Made by a program: the position numbers and the translations under genes. The notes under the pieces were generated by a model. It saw nothing but the letters and a program-made list of their open reading frames with translations. It did no database searches and had not been told where the DNA came from. 33,149 nt of DNA from an uncultured Opitutales bacterium (GTDB lineage: Bacteria > Verrucomicrobiota > Verrucomicrobiia > Opitutales > UBA9783). The DNA lies in NCBI GenBank assembly GCA_964508215.1, contig CAZDSI010000011.1, positions 1 through 33,149 of the forward strand, in the 5' to 3' direction. Shown one piece after another: positions 8,244 through 17,229 of this stretch; the first letter of the stretch is position 1; each line of letters opens with the position of its first letter.

Positions 8244-9793
8244 TTAACAAGTAGAAAAAGGCGTATCGCCAAGCTTTTTTCTCTTACTCACAGAGGAAAA
8301 ATATAAAGCCGATAAATAAAAAATCCCAAGAGATAGGCTGGTATAGGGCAGCGATAGCTTAAAAGCGATACTAGCTCCGGGCAAGATTGCGGCCTTAGAC
8401 AGTATAAAAATGAGGGCTTTGATGCTCTGCACGGCAATCCAATTAAAAATATCAACTAAAGGAAACCAGGGAAGAATGCTTCCGACCAATAAAGCACATC
8501 CTCCAAAAGCAACTGCAAAGGAGGCTAATGGAATTACAAACATATTGAGTAATAAAGCCCAAGGTGTAAGGTATTGCCAGTAATAGGCCATCAATATTTG
8601 GCTTAAGATCGTTGCCGCCAATGAGACAGAAAATGCACTAATCATCCATTGTTGGATGCTAAGTTTATATTTTTGAAACAACGATAGCGATTTTTGTGGA
8701 ATATATTGATATGCCAAAAACAAGCTTCTTAATTGGTTGGCTAAGGGTGCTCCGAACCAAATCAGTGCGCCTACTATTCCGTAAGAAAGTTGAAAACCGA
8801 CATCAAAAAGTTGTTTTGGGTTCCAGAGAAGAACAATGAATAACGCAACCAAAAAAGTTCCTTCACCTCTGATCTGACGATAAAAAAGTTGTGCAAAAAC
8901 CCAGGTTGCCACCATCACAAAGGCTCTTAAGGTTGAGGGGGAGTTGCCAACGACAAACACATAAAACCCCACCACGCACAGTGCGCATAACAAACGTAAT
9001 GGCCGTGAGCAAGGAAAGAACTTCAGGAACCCAAAAACCACGATAGAGATTACACCAACGTGTAACCCGCTAACAGCTAAAAGATGTAAGGTTCCGGTAA
9101 GCGTGAAATCTTTAAAGGTTGATGGCGAAAGATATTCTTTTCGTCCCAACAACATGGCTTTATAAGTATGGGCGGCTTCGCTATCCTTATCGGAGCCTTT
9201 CGATAATATTCGTTCACAGTAACGATTGCACCGAAAAAATAAAGACTCGTGCGTGTTCATACAACGCTCGAGTGTTCTTACGCGAGTTATTTTGTAATGA
9301 ATGTCGTTTGTCCATAAAAAATGATCAAACTTATGTTCTGGAAACCTGATTGGCCGGTTGTCAAAACTCCCGTAACGTTCCATTGTTGTCCACGTTCCAT
9401 GAGCTTGCTATCTTTACCTAAGGGTAACGAAAAATAAACCGAATCGCCTTTTAAAAACTTTAAATGCAGGCCCTGTACCGATCCAATCGATCCAATCCCA
9501 GATGTTTTATTGCCGAAAGAGCGAAATATTTTTTCAACGATAAGAGTTGCCCGTACTTCACGTGGCGGTATTGGCTTCGGAGTGGCCAGTTCAAAACGCC
9601 AATTTCCGTAAATAGCACACAAGACTACACATAGGCTAAGAATAAGACTCTTGCGTCCTCGATAAATTAAGGCAATGGCAAGGAAGCTACCCCATATAAC
9701 CCATGGAAAAATACCGCTTCCCTCAAGGCAAGCAAGACCTAGATAAGCAAATACGATTGAAAAAACGCACCAAAATAACGCGGTAAAAATCAT
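8244..9793 (-). pseudogene. comEC: ComEC/Rec2 DNA-uptake channel split by a 1-nt deletion (true pseudogene or sequencing error)
   Basis: ORF 9287-9793 carries the N-terminal TMs and OB-like region (GQQWNVTGVL). ORF 8244-9383 carries KAMLLG, TGTLHLLAVSGLHVG and DVGFQLSY of the Competence domain. The span is 1550 nt, one short of a whole number of codons; the frames join near 9345-9366. No C-terminal metallo-beta-lactamase domain. Confidence 0.9.
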
Positions 9794-10581
9794 TTTTTAG
9801 AGTTATTTTCTTCCTCTAAAGTGGCCTCATACCAAAAAACGTATTTTAAAAACGTGGCAAATGCCGAATGAATGGCCACGCAAACTCCACCGAAGCCATC
9901 CAAAAACCCCAATCGAAAAATATATCCACGTAGTAATGTCCAACCGGCACGTAACGGTGCTACAAAAGCAATCCTTGACTTCTTTAGCTTAATGTTTTGT
10001 TCGCGTTTTTGTTGCACAAAAAGTTCGGCAAAACGAAGGATCTTTGTTACGTGGGTTTTGAGAGTAGGATAGGAGTAGTGTTCCAAATCTCCTTTCAGTC
10101 GTGCAATAGCGCCGGATAATTCTAATTTTTCGTGAACACATCCGCCTCCCCATTTCCCTTTTTCTCTTAAAAACAACCGTAGCGACCAATCGGGATACCA
10201 ATCTCCGTGCTTAATCCAACGATTGCAGAACCAAGTTTTGCGCGGGAAGCCCGCCCCCGTATAATTATGCTTTCTAGATAAAAAGAACTCGATGGACTTT
10301 TTAAGTTCTTTGCTTACCCTTTCGTCTGCATCAAGGCTTAAAACCCACGGTTGAGTAGCATGAGCTAAGGCAAGATTTTTTTGATCACGAAAGCCTTGCC
10401 ATTCATGGGTAAAGACTTTCGCACCATATTCCTTCTCTGCGATTTTGTCGGTACCGTCGACACAATCGTTTACAATTACAACAATTTCCTTTGCCCAGTT
10501 TTTGAGAGGATCCAAGCAACGTCGAATGTTTTGTGCTTCATTGTGGGCAATAATAACAATCGATAGCGGTAAAGGATCCAT
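9790..10581 (-). CDS. Glycosyltransferase family 2 (WaaE/KdtX/LgtF-like LPS core glucosyltransferase)
   Basis: LSIVIIAHNEAQNI, QKNLAL, WVLSLDADE (DxD), GGCVHEKL, GFLDGFGG; ATGA overlap with the comEC start. Confidence 0.9.
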   Translation of the reverse strand: MDPLPLSIVIIAHNEAQNIRRCLDPLKNWAKEIVVIVNDCVDGTDKIAEKEYGAKVFTHEWQGFRDQKNLALAHATQPWVLSLDADERVSKELKKSIEFFLSRKHNYTGAGFPRKTWFCNRWIKHGDWYPDWSLRLFLREKGKWGGGCVHEKLELSGAIARLKGDLEHYSYPTLKTHVTKILRFAELFVQQKREQNIKLKKSRIAFVAPLRAGWTLLRGYIFRLGFLDGFGGVCVAIHSAFATFLKYVFWYEATLEEENNSKK

Positions 10582-10617
10582 AAATTAAGGTTTATAACTT
10601 GAGAATGAAAAGCCTTA

Positions 10618-10694
10618 TGGTGGGAGATACTGGGTTCGAACCAGCGACTTCTAGCGTGTGAAGCTAGCGCTCTAACCAACTGAGCTAATCCCCC
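10618..10694 (-). tRNA. tRNA-Val (anticodon CAC), CCA encoded
   Basis: GGGGGAT TA GCTC AGTTGGTTA GAGC G CTAGC TTCACAC GCTAG AAGTC GCTGG TTCGAAC CCAGT ATCTCCC A CCA; 77 nt. Confidence 0.97.
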
Positions 10695-11131
10695 ACTAAC
10701 AAAAAGGCAAACTTTCTCGTTTTAAAAGACAAGATTAAAATCTTAACATCCGTATAATACAGAACAAATTTATTATTAACCTCTTGAAGCCAGTTCGGTA
10801 CATCGAGGTTATGGATGGAGTCGTTAAAAGAATTTTTTTGCGTAAAAAGCCTTAAAACATTCTATAACGTCGTAGGGAAGGGTTCCTTCCCAGAACTTAT
10901 GGAAGTTTTTCAGTTTTAATTCAAGCGAAGCTTTAAACTTATACTTATCGTAAAGTTAAGGAACGATTATTTACTTTCCTTGAGGCGATTATTGGAAATT
11001 TAGGTGTGTAAGCCGTTAGCGCAGTGCTCCTTCAGAACTTTTGGCTGCCCTTCTCCTCCTTAAAACAAGCCGTCGATATTCTAAGGGTTAACCACTCTAC
11101 AATTTTGTCTAAGGCGTTTTCCGAGAGCCGT

Positions 11132-12328
11132 TTAGTTATGAGCAAACCTGCTAAACGCCTTGTTCTTTCGTCCCTTGTATCGTCCCTTATAATTTCCCGA
11201 TGGACGCCTAAAGGACGATGTTTCCTTTTTCTCGGTTTTATCTTTATCCCCGTTGATGAATTTATGGATTAACTTCCAATGATGTTTTTCTGAAGATGAA
11301 ATGAACGATAATGCACATCCTTCGGCTCCAGCACGTGCCGTACGGCCAATACGATGGATGTAGTCTTCTGGACATTGAGGTAGGTCGTAGTTAATAACGT
11401 GTTGAATATGAGGAACATCAAGGCCGCGTGCCGCAATATCGGTTGCAACCATGATACGTTTCTTTTGTTCGCGAAACGATTGCATAACTCGCTCACGTTT
11501 GCGCTGCTCTAAATTACCATGAATCGCTGCCGCATCGTAATTGCTTAATTTTAAACGTTTGGCGAGTTTTTCGGCACCTATTTTCGTTTTGACAAAAACT
11601 AGAATAGAGCCTTGCCGTTGTTCAAGTTCTTTTACGAGAAAATTAAACTTTTCATTGGGTTCAGTGTGTAAAACATCTTGCTTGATTTTTTCTACTGGAC
11701 GGGTTGTCGAAGCAACAGCAATACGTTGTGGATTGTTAAGGTATTTTTGCGCATTGCGAATAATATTGGCTGGCATAGTCGCCGAAAACATAAACGTTTG
11801 GCGTTTCTCAGGCATATTTCGAGCAATAGCATCAATTTGTTCGCTAAATCCCATGTCTAGCATACGATCCATTTCATCCAAAACAAAGAACTCCAGTCTT
11901 TTTAAAGATAAAGTTTTGCGTCCTAAGTGATCGAAAACACGTCCCGGTGTGCCAAGAATCAATTGCGGGTTTTTCCTTAATTGGGCACACTGTTTCCCAA
12001 AATTTTCTCCTCCAATAAGAAGAGCAAAGAATAAGCCCATTTGAGGGTCTAATAACTTAACCAAAGTGTCTTTTACTTGAGTTGCCAACTCTCGAGTTGG
12101 TGTTAATACCAATGCTTGACGGTCTCTACGATCTAAAAGCTGTGAAAGTATCGGTAACAAAAATGCAAGTGTTTTGCCTGTGCCCGTTTGCGAAGAAGCT
12201 AGGATGTCTTTTCCTTCAAGGGCAGGAAGAATACTCATCGCTTGGATGGGGGTTGGTACTTTTATATGCATGTTTTCCAATGCTTGCAAAAGTATTTTTG
12301 GTAGCTTAAATGTATAAAAATTTTCCAT
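11132..12328 (-). CDS. rhlE: DEAD-box ATP-dependent RNA helicase (RhlE-like)
   Basis: Q motif PTPIQ, Walker A QTGTGKT, PTRELA, TPGR, motif II as DEMD, SAT, ARGLD, HRIGRTAR; basic C-terminal tail. Confidence 0.93.
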   Translation of the reverse strand: MENFYTFKLPKILLQALENMHIKVPTPIQAMSILPALEGKDILASSQTGTGKTLAFLLPILSQLLDRRDRQALVLTPTRELATQVKDTLVKLLDPQMGLFFALLIGGENFGKQCAQLRKNPQLILGTPGRVFDHLGRKTLSLKRLEFFVLDEMDRMLDMGFSEQIDAIARNMPEKRQTFMFSATMPANIIRNAQKYLNNPQRIAVASTTRPVEKIKQDVLHTEPNEKFNFLVKELEQRQGSILVFVKTKIGAEKLAKRLKLSNYDAAAIHGNLEQRKRERVMQSFREQKKRIMVATDIAARGLDVPHIQHVINYDLPQCPEDYIHRIGRTARAGAEGCALSFISSSEKHHWKLIHKFINGDKDKTEKKETSSFRRPSGNYKGRYKGRKNKAFSRFAHN

Positions 12329-12340
12329 AATTAAAAAATG

Positions 12341-12381
12341 AAAAAACCCTTAAACGTCATAAATTTAGACGCTCAAGGGTT
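12341..12381 (-). terminator. Intrinsic terminator or attenuator between csp and rhlE
   Basis: Minus-strand RNA AACCCUU-GAG-CGUC-(9 nt)-GACG-UUU-AAGGGUU followed by a U run; 14-bp stem whose two G-U pairs form only on the minus-strand transcript. Confidence 0.7.
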
Positions 12382-12401
12382 AATTTAGACGTCTTTAAAA
12401 C

Positions 12402-12605
12402 TTATAAAAGCTTTATGTCTGTAGCAGAAGTTCTACCCTTGCTACTGGTTAATTCATAACTGACGCGTTGTCCTTCTTGAAGATTTCGGATTCCCGCGCT
12501 CTCAAGTGCAGAGATGTGAACGAACACATCGTTGCCCTTTTCTTCTGGTTGAATAAATCCAAAACCCTTTGTGGTGTTAAACCATTTTACGATACCTGTG
12601 TACAT
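12402..12605 (-). CDS. cspA: Cold-shock protein (CspA family)
   Basis: 67 aa; GIVKWFN, RNP1 KGFGFI and RNP2 VFVH. The paralog name is nominal. Confidence 0.97.
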   Translation of the reverse strand: MYTGIVKWFNTTKGFGFIQPEEKGNDVFVHISALESAGIRNLQEGQRVSYELTSSKGRTSATDIKLL

Positions 12606-12968
12606 AGTATATTTTATTCTTAGTGATTACGTTCGAGCAAATCATAACCTTTACCTAAACAATTTGTGTTTTTTAACCCACTATTGCCTAATAAAAGACT
12701 ATCACATGCCCTTTAGAAGAAAAATCACAACATACCTTAAGTAAATTAAGTCAAGAAAATTAAAATTTATATTTTAAACCGAGGGGTCATACAATAGATT
12801 GGTAAAGCATTAATAATAAAGCAAGCTTCGGCTTGGAAAGCATATCTATATTGCCGTTGTGCAAAAATGTATAGACTTGGGCCATAGAAGGAAATTACTT
12901 TACGTCTCGATAAAATTTTTGAACAGGATTTCTAAATTTTGGTCTATCGTTATGTATAATGGTAAAAA

Positions 12969-13439
12969 GTGACAACGCATTGGATACTCGACGGTTATAA
13001 CATCTTGTACGCTATAAATTTGATGGGTGGGCGTAATTCGTTAGAAGTTACACGCCATAAACTGATCGCAATTTCTGAAAAATTTCAAAGTACAAAAAAT
13101 GTTTTCTTGACTCTTGTTTTTGATGGTGTCGAAAGCGAAAAGACCGAATCCTGCTCGAGCGTCGAGCAGGGTAATTTTAGGATTATTTTTAGCAACGGGA
13201 AAAGAAATGCCGATGGGGTTATTTTACAATGTTTAACAAAAAGTAATGAATGGGTGACGGTCGTGACAGCCGATATGCTGTTACGTGATGCGGTAATTCG
13301 TAAAGGTGGTAATGTGATGTCACCGGAAAACTTTTATCGTGAGTTTTTAGATCTCGAAAAACATAGCGACCATATTATTCATCGTTTGCATGAATCAGCA
13401 CAAAAAGGTTTTAATTGTCCCTTTAAAGATTTTTTTTAG
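12969..13439 (+). CDS. NYN-domain ribonuclease (YacP/Rae1 family)
   Basis: ILDGYN, LVFDG, NADGVI, VVTAD and GGNVMSPENF match the YacP-like NYN family; GTG start. Confidence 0.88.
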   Translation: MTTHWILDGYNILYAINLMGGRNSLEVTRHKLIAISEKFQSTKNVFLTLVFDGVESEKTESCSSVEQGNFRIIFSNGKRNADGVILQCLTKSNEWVTVVTADMLLRDAVIRKGGNVMSPENFYREFLDLEKHSDHIIHRLHESAQKGFNCPFKDFF

Positions 13440-13824
13440 GAGAAAACATGTATGTCCCGAAATTGGCTTAATCTGTTGTGCTCGATAAAAAACAGTAAAG
13501 ATTAATGACTATGGGAGGCTGTAAAGGTTAAATATAAACGGCTTGAGCCTGAAGATCAAATAATTGTAAAATGCTGAAAAAAGATAAGCTTTTTACAATG
13601 TGTTTTAACACTTAGTATAAAGTAGACAGAAAAGGTGTGAATAGGGCTGCTTTAAGCTAGAATAAAGTGTCTATTTCTCTTTAAGCTTGGCATTTTTTTA
13701 AATTAATCCGAGAAATTACTAACATTTTACTTGATTTAACTTGTTTATAGTCTTAATTAGGCAACGTTTATTTAAGTCAATTACTTTGGTACAAGTGTGC
13801 TGAAGTTTAACGTTGTACGAAACA

Positions 13825-15363
13825 ATGAATAATAGTCCCTCTCAACCAGCATTCTCAAAATTACGAGCGATCTTTTTTCCAATTCATCGCTATGAATTGA
13901 AAAAGGTATTACCGATGAGTATGATATTCTTTTTCATACTTTTTAATTACACCTGCTTGCGGAATATCAAAGATTCGTTAGTGGTTACCAGTACGGGAGC
14001 GGAAGCGCTTTCTTTCTTAAAATTGTTTTGTGTAACACCTTCGGCGATCGTATTTATGCTGCTTTACGCAAAAGCCAGCAATATTTTCAGTAACGAAAAA
14101 TTGTTTTATGCGACCTTATCGCCATTTATTTTGTTTTTTGGTTTGTTTGCCTTCGTCATTTATCCTCATAGAGAAGTCTTACATCCTGCGGCCGAAACCA
14201 TTGCTTTGTGGCAAGGAAAATGGCCTTCACTTTACTGGCCATTTGCCGTTTTTGGAGTTTGGAGTTATGCGATTTTTTACGTTTTAGCCGAATTGTGGGG
14301 TAGCGCTATCTTGTCGCTTTCGTTCTGGCAGTTCGCCAATCAGGTTACACATACGGCCGAAGCAAAACGCGTTTACGCATTTTTCGGTTTTGTGGCTCAA
14401 TTTTCTTTAATTGTTTCGGGTGTTCTCGGTGATCGTTTTTCCAATATTCGTGAAAAGGTTGGCCCAGGAGTTGATCCATGGCAAATTTCGCTTAATTGGT
14501 TAATGGGTATGGTTGTTGTGTTTGGTATTGCAACAATGTTAATTTATAAGTGGATTTACAAATACGTATTAACCGATAAGCGCTTTTACGACAAACCCGA
14601 ATTGCCCGGTGTTAAAAAGGGGAAGAAAAAGGCTGGCTTAATCGAAAGTTTAAAGACGATCTGTACTTCGCCGTATCTTGGTTTGATTGCAATGCTTGTT
14701 ATTGCTTACGGTATCACCGTTAACGTTGTTGAAGGTTTGTGGAAAAGTCAGTTGAAGCTTCGCTACCACAATGAAAACGACTATAACACCTTTATGAGCC
14801 AATTTACAATTTATACCGGTATTGCTTCGATGATAATGTTATTAGTCGGTGGTAATATTTTACGCCTATGTTGTTGGGTTGTTGCCGCAATGTTTACGCC
14901 GGTTGTATTATTTCTCGGTGGAAGCCTTTTCTTTACCTTCGTGTTGTATAGGTCACAGTTGATCGATACATTGACAAAATGGGGCACAAATCCGATTGCT
15001 TTGGCTGTACTTTTAGGTGCTGCTATGGTAATGATTGCGAAGGCAACAAAATATGCTTTGTTTGACCTAACAAAGGAAATGGCTTATATTCCGCTCGACG
15101 AAGAAATGAAGGTAAAAGGTAAGGCTGTTGTGGACGTGGTCGGTGGACGTCTTGGAAAGTCTGGCGGTGCCTTTGTTCAGGTGACTTTGCTTTCGGTCAT
15201 CGGATCTCTGGTAGGACATAAGGTTACATATGACCAAATTGCTCCCTATGTGTTTGGCATTTTTATTGTTATTAGTATCTTGTGGATTTTATCGGTTAAA
15301 GCTCTTGGCAAAAAGGTTGAAGAAGCCAATAAGCTTGCCGGCGAAGTTACGAAAAACCAATAA
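13825..15363 (+). CDS. tlc1: ATP/ADP translocase (TLC/NTT nucleotide transporter)
   Basis: FFILFNYTCLRNIKDSLVV, SFLK, ELWGS, FWQFANQ, KYALFDLTKEMAYIPLD and GRLGKSGG are NTT family signatures. ATG at 13825 preferred to TTG at 13813. Confidence 0.97.
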   Translation: MNNSPSQPAFSKLRAIFFPIHRYELKKVLPMSMIFFFILFNYTCLRNIKDSLVVTSTGAEALSFLKLFCVTPSAIVFMLLYAKASNIFSNEKLFYATLSPFILFFGLFAFVIYPHREVLHPAAETIALWQGKWPSLYWPFAVFGVWSYAIFYVLAELWGSAILSLSFWQFANQVTHTAEAKRVYAFFGFVAQFSLIVSGVLGDRFSNIREKVGPGVDPWQISLNWLMGMVVVFGIATMLIYKWIYKYVLTDKRFYDKPELPGVKKGKKKAGLIESLKTICTSPYLGLIAMLVIAYGITVNVVEGLWKSQLKLRYHNENDYNTFMSQFTIYTGIASMIMLLVGGNILRLCCWVVAAMFTPVVLFLGGSLFFTFVLYRSQLIDTLTKWGTNPIALAVLLGAAMVMIAKATKYALFDLTKEMAYIPLDEEMKVKGKAVVDVVGGRLGKSGGAFVQVTLLSVIGSLVGHKVTYDQIAPYVFGIFIVISILWILSVKALGKKVEEANKLAGEVTKNQ

Positions 15364-15378
15364 CTCTTTTTTTAAACC

Positions 15379-15406
15379 AAAACCCGAGCAAAAGCTCGGG
15401 TTTTTT
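15379..15406 (+). terminator. Intrinsic terminator of the NTT gene
   Basis: AAAACCCGAGC-AAAA-GCTCGGGTTTT perfect stem with a T run, 15 nt after the stop; A-rich 5' flank suggests it could act in both directions. Confidence 0.9.
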
Positions 15407-15429
15407 GTTATTTATAAATATTTATTGAT

Positions 15430-15939
15430 ATGAAAAGGCACAGTAGTGTTCGAATTATTTTATTAAACTCTAAAAATGAACTTCTTTTAATGTGTGCCGA
15501 TGATCCCAAAACGACTACGCTAAAGGGAAAATACAATGGTCGATTTTGGTATACGGTCGGTGGTCAAATTGAGGATGGTGAATCTATCGAACAAGCAGCT
15601 TTACGCGAGATATATGAGGAAACCGGTATTAAAAGAGAAAAGGTTGTTCTTGGCCCAGTTGTTTGGTTTGGCGAGTTTGATTTGATTTTGTCGGGAATCG
15701 CGACCCGGCTCAAACAGGTATTTATTGTGGCGAGAACGGCTGAAAATAATTTTACATTAAAAAATTTAACCGCTGAAGAACAAGCTGTTGTGCAACGGCT
15801 CGATTGGTTTTCATTGCAGAGAATACAGACCAGTACGGAAGTGGTTTACCCAGTTTTATTGCCGAAATATTTGCCAGATGTTATTGCGGGAAATTACCCC
15901 GAAAAGCCGATAGAGATCGATTTGGGGAAACAACCGTAA
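15430..15939 (+). CDS. Nudix hydrolase 1
   Basis: Canonical Nudix box GQIEDGESIEQAALREIYEETGI. Confidence 0.92.
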   Translation: MKRHSSVRIILLNSKNELLLMCADDPKTTTLKGKYNGRFWYTVGGQIEDGESIEQAALREIYEETGIKREKVVLGPVVWFGEFDLILSGIATRLKQVFIVARTAENNFTLKNLTAEEQAVVQRLDWFSLQRIQTSTEVVYPVLLPKYLPDVIAGNYPEKPIEIDLGKQP

Positions 15940-16009
15940 GTTATGTTCTCAAAAGTGAACGAAATACAAACCTGAGCATTCTTCTTAATTTGAAAGAGAA
16001 GGCCGTAGA

Positions 16010-17035
16010 TCAAAGTTGTCTTAATTGTTCCGCTACACACGAGGCAAAGTCATTTACCTCGGTTTCAGTAGTATCGAAGCTTGTAACAAATCTTGCTTCC
16101 GAAAGAAGTTCATCCCAAATATAAAAGGGATAACGCTTTTGTAAGATGGGAACAATTACTGGAGGTAGAAGGACGAATACGGTATTGGCATCGACGGATT
16201 CGGTAATCTTTGTACCCGGAATGTTTTTTAGCTTTTTTGCCAATAGTTTTGCCATTGTATTAGCATTTGTGGCGTTTCTTTTCCAAAGATCGTTGCTTAG
16301 GTATGTTTCAAATTGGGCGGCTATAAAGCGCATTTTTGAATATAGCTGTAAGTTGTTTTTTTGTAGGTAAAGAAAATCGGAATGTAGGTTTTTGTTAAAA
16401 AACATAACACTTTCGCCTATCATCATACCGTTTTTAGTGCCACCAAAGGATAGAACGTCTACGCCAAGAGCTTGGGTAATATCTTTAAAGTTTTTATTTA
16501 AGCTAACGGCCGCATTGGCTAGGCGTGTGCCGTCCATATGCAAATATAAGCCATTTTCATGTGCAAATTTTGATAGCTCCAAAACCTCATCGCAGGAATA
16601 AACGGTACCGCGCTCCGTTGGTTGTGTAATGGATACAACCTTAGGTTTTGTTGAATGAATGCCTCTCAAGTTCCTAAGATAATCCTTAATTGATTCCTTT
16701 TGTAACTTCCCGCTTTTATTGGCTAGTGGAATTAATTTGCAACCGAGATGCTCTGGCGCACCACATTCGTCGGTATTAATATGGGCGGTATCAGCGCAAA
16801 TAACGGAATTGTAAGATCTGGTGAGTGCTTTTATGCCTAATACATTTGCGGCTGTTCCCGAAAAAAGAAAAAAGACATCAATTTCTGAACCAAAATGTTC
16901 CTTGAATTTGCAAATAGCCTTTTGGGTATACTCACAGCTCCCATACCCGGTTGCATGCTCGTGATTAGCCCTTGCTATGGCGTTTAATACTTCAGGGTGT
17001 ATACCTGAATAATTATCACTTGCGAAGCTTTTCAT
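16010..17035 (-). CDS. ltaE: Low-specificity L-threonine aldolase (PLP, fold type I)
   Basis: FASDNYSG, SGTAANVLG, HINTDECGAPE, HMDGTRLANA and SFGGTKNG (PLP lysine); ATG at 17035 preferred. Confidence 0.92.
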   Translation of the reverse strand: MKSFASDNYSGIHPEVLNAIARANHEHATGYGSCEYTQKAICKFKEHFGSEIDVFFLFSGTAANVLGIKALTRSYNSVICADTAHINTDECGAPEHLGCKLIPLANKSGKLQKESIKDYLRNLRGIHSTKPKVVSITQPTERGTVYSCDEVLELSKFAHENGLYLHMDGTRLANAAVSLNKNFKDITQALGVDVLSFGGTKNGMMIGESVMFFNKNLHSDFLYLQKNNLQLYSKMRFIAAQFETYLSNDLWKRNATNANTMAKLLAKKLKNIPGTKITESVDANTVFVLLPPVIVPILQKRYPFYIWDELLSEARFVTSFDTTETEVNDFASCVAEQLRQL

Positions 17036-17229
17036 AGCCTTCAAGTTACAACTTCTTCTTGGTCAGGCAAGATTTTTGAGCAAAGCTCTAATAAAATTTT
17101 TTTGGGAAAACTAGGGAATTTTTTTTAATGTTTTCGGCTTTAAAAAAATATGCATTTCAAATGCTGTTCAAGAGCAAGGAAAGTTTTCTTTTTTGTACAC
17201 TTAAAGAAATTGGGTTTGTTGTAGGATAG

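Noticed and set aside
9375-9400. Direct repeat ATGGAACGT twice, 17 nt apart, in comEC; deleting one unit would also restore the frame
   Set aside because: The intervening frame reads GQQWNVTGVL, which fits the expected OB-fold strand, so the shift is more likely downstream and the repeat coincidental.
12720-12760. TTGACT-like -35 element upstream of csp, and similar hexamers upstream of the NTT, mutS and the tRNAs
   Set aside because: No -10 box at a 16-18 nt spacing, and such hexamers are expected by chance in AT-rich DNA.
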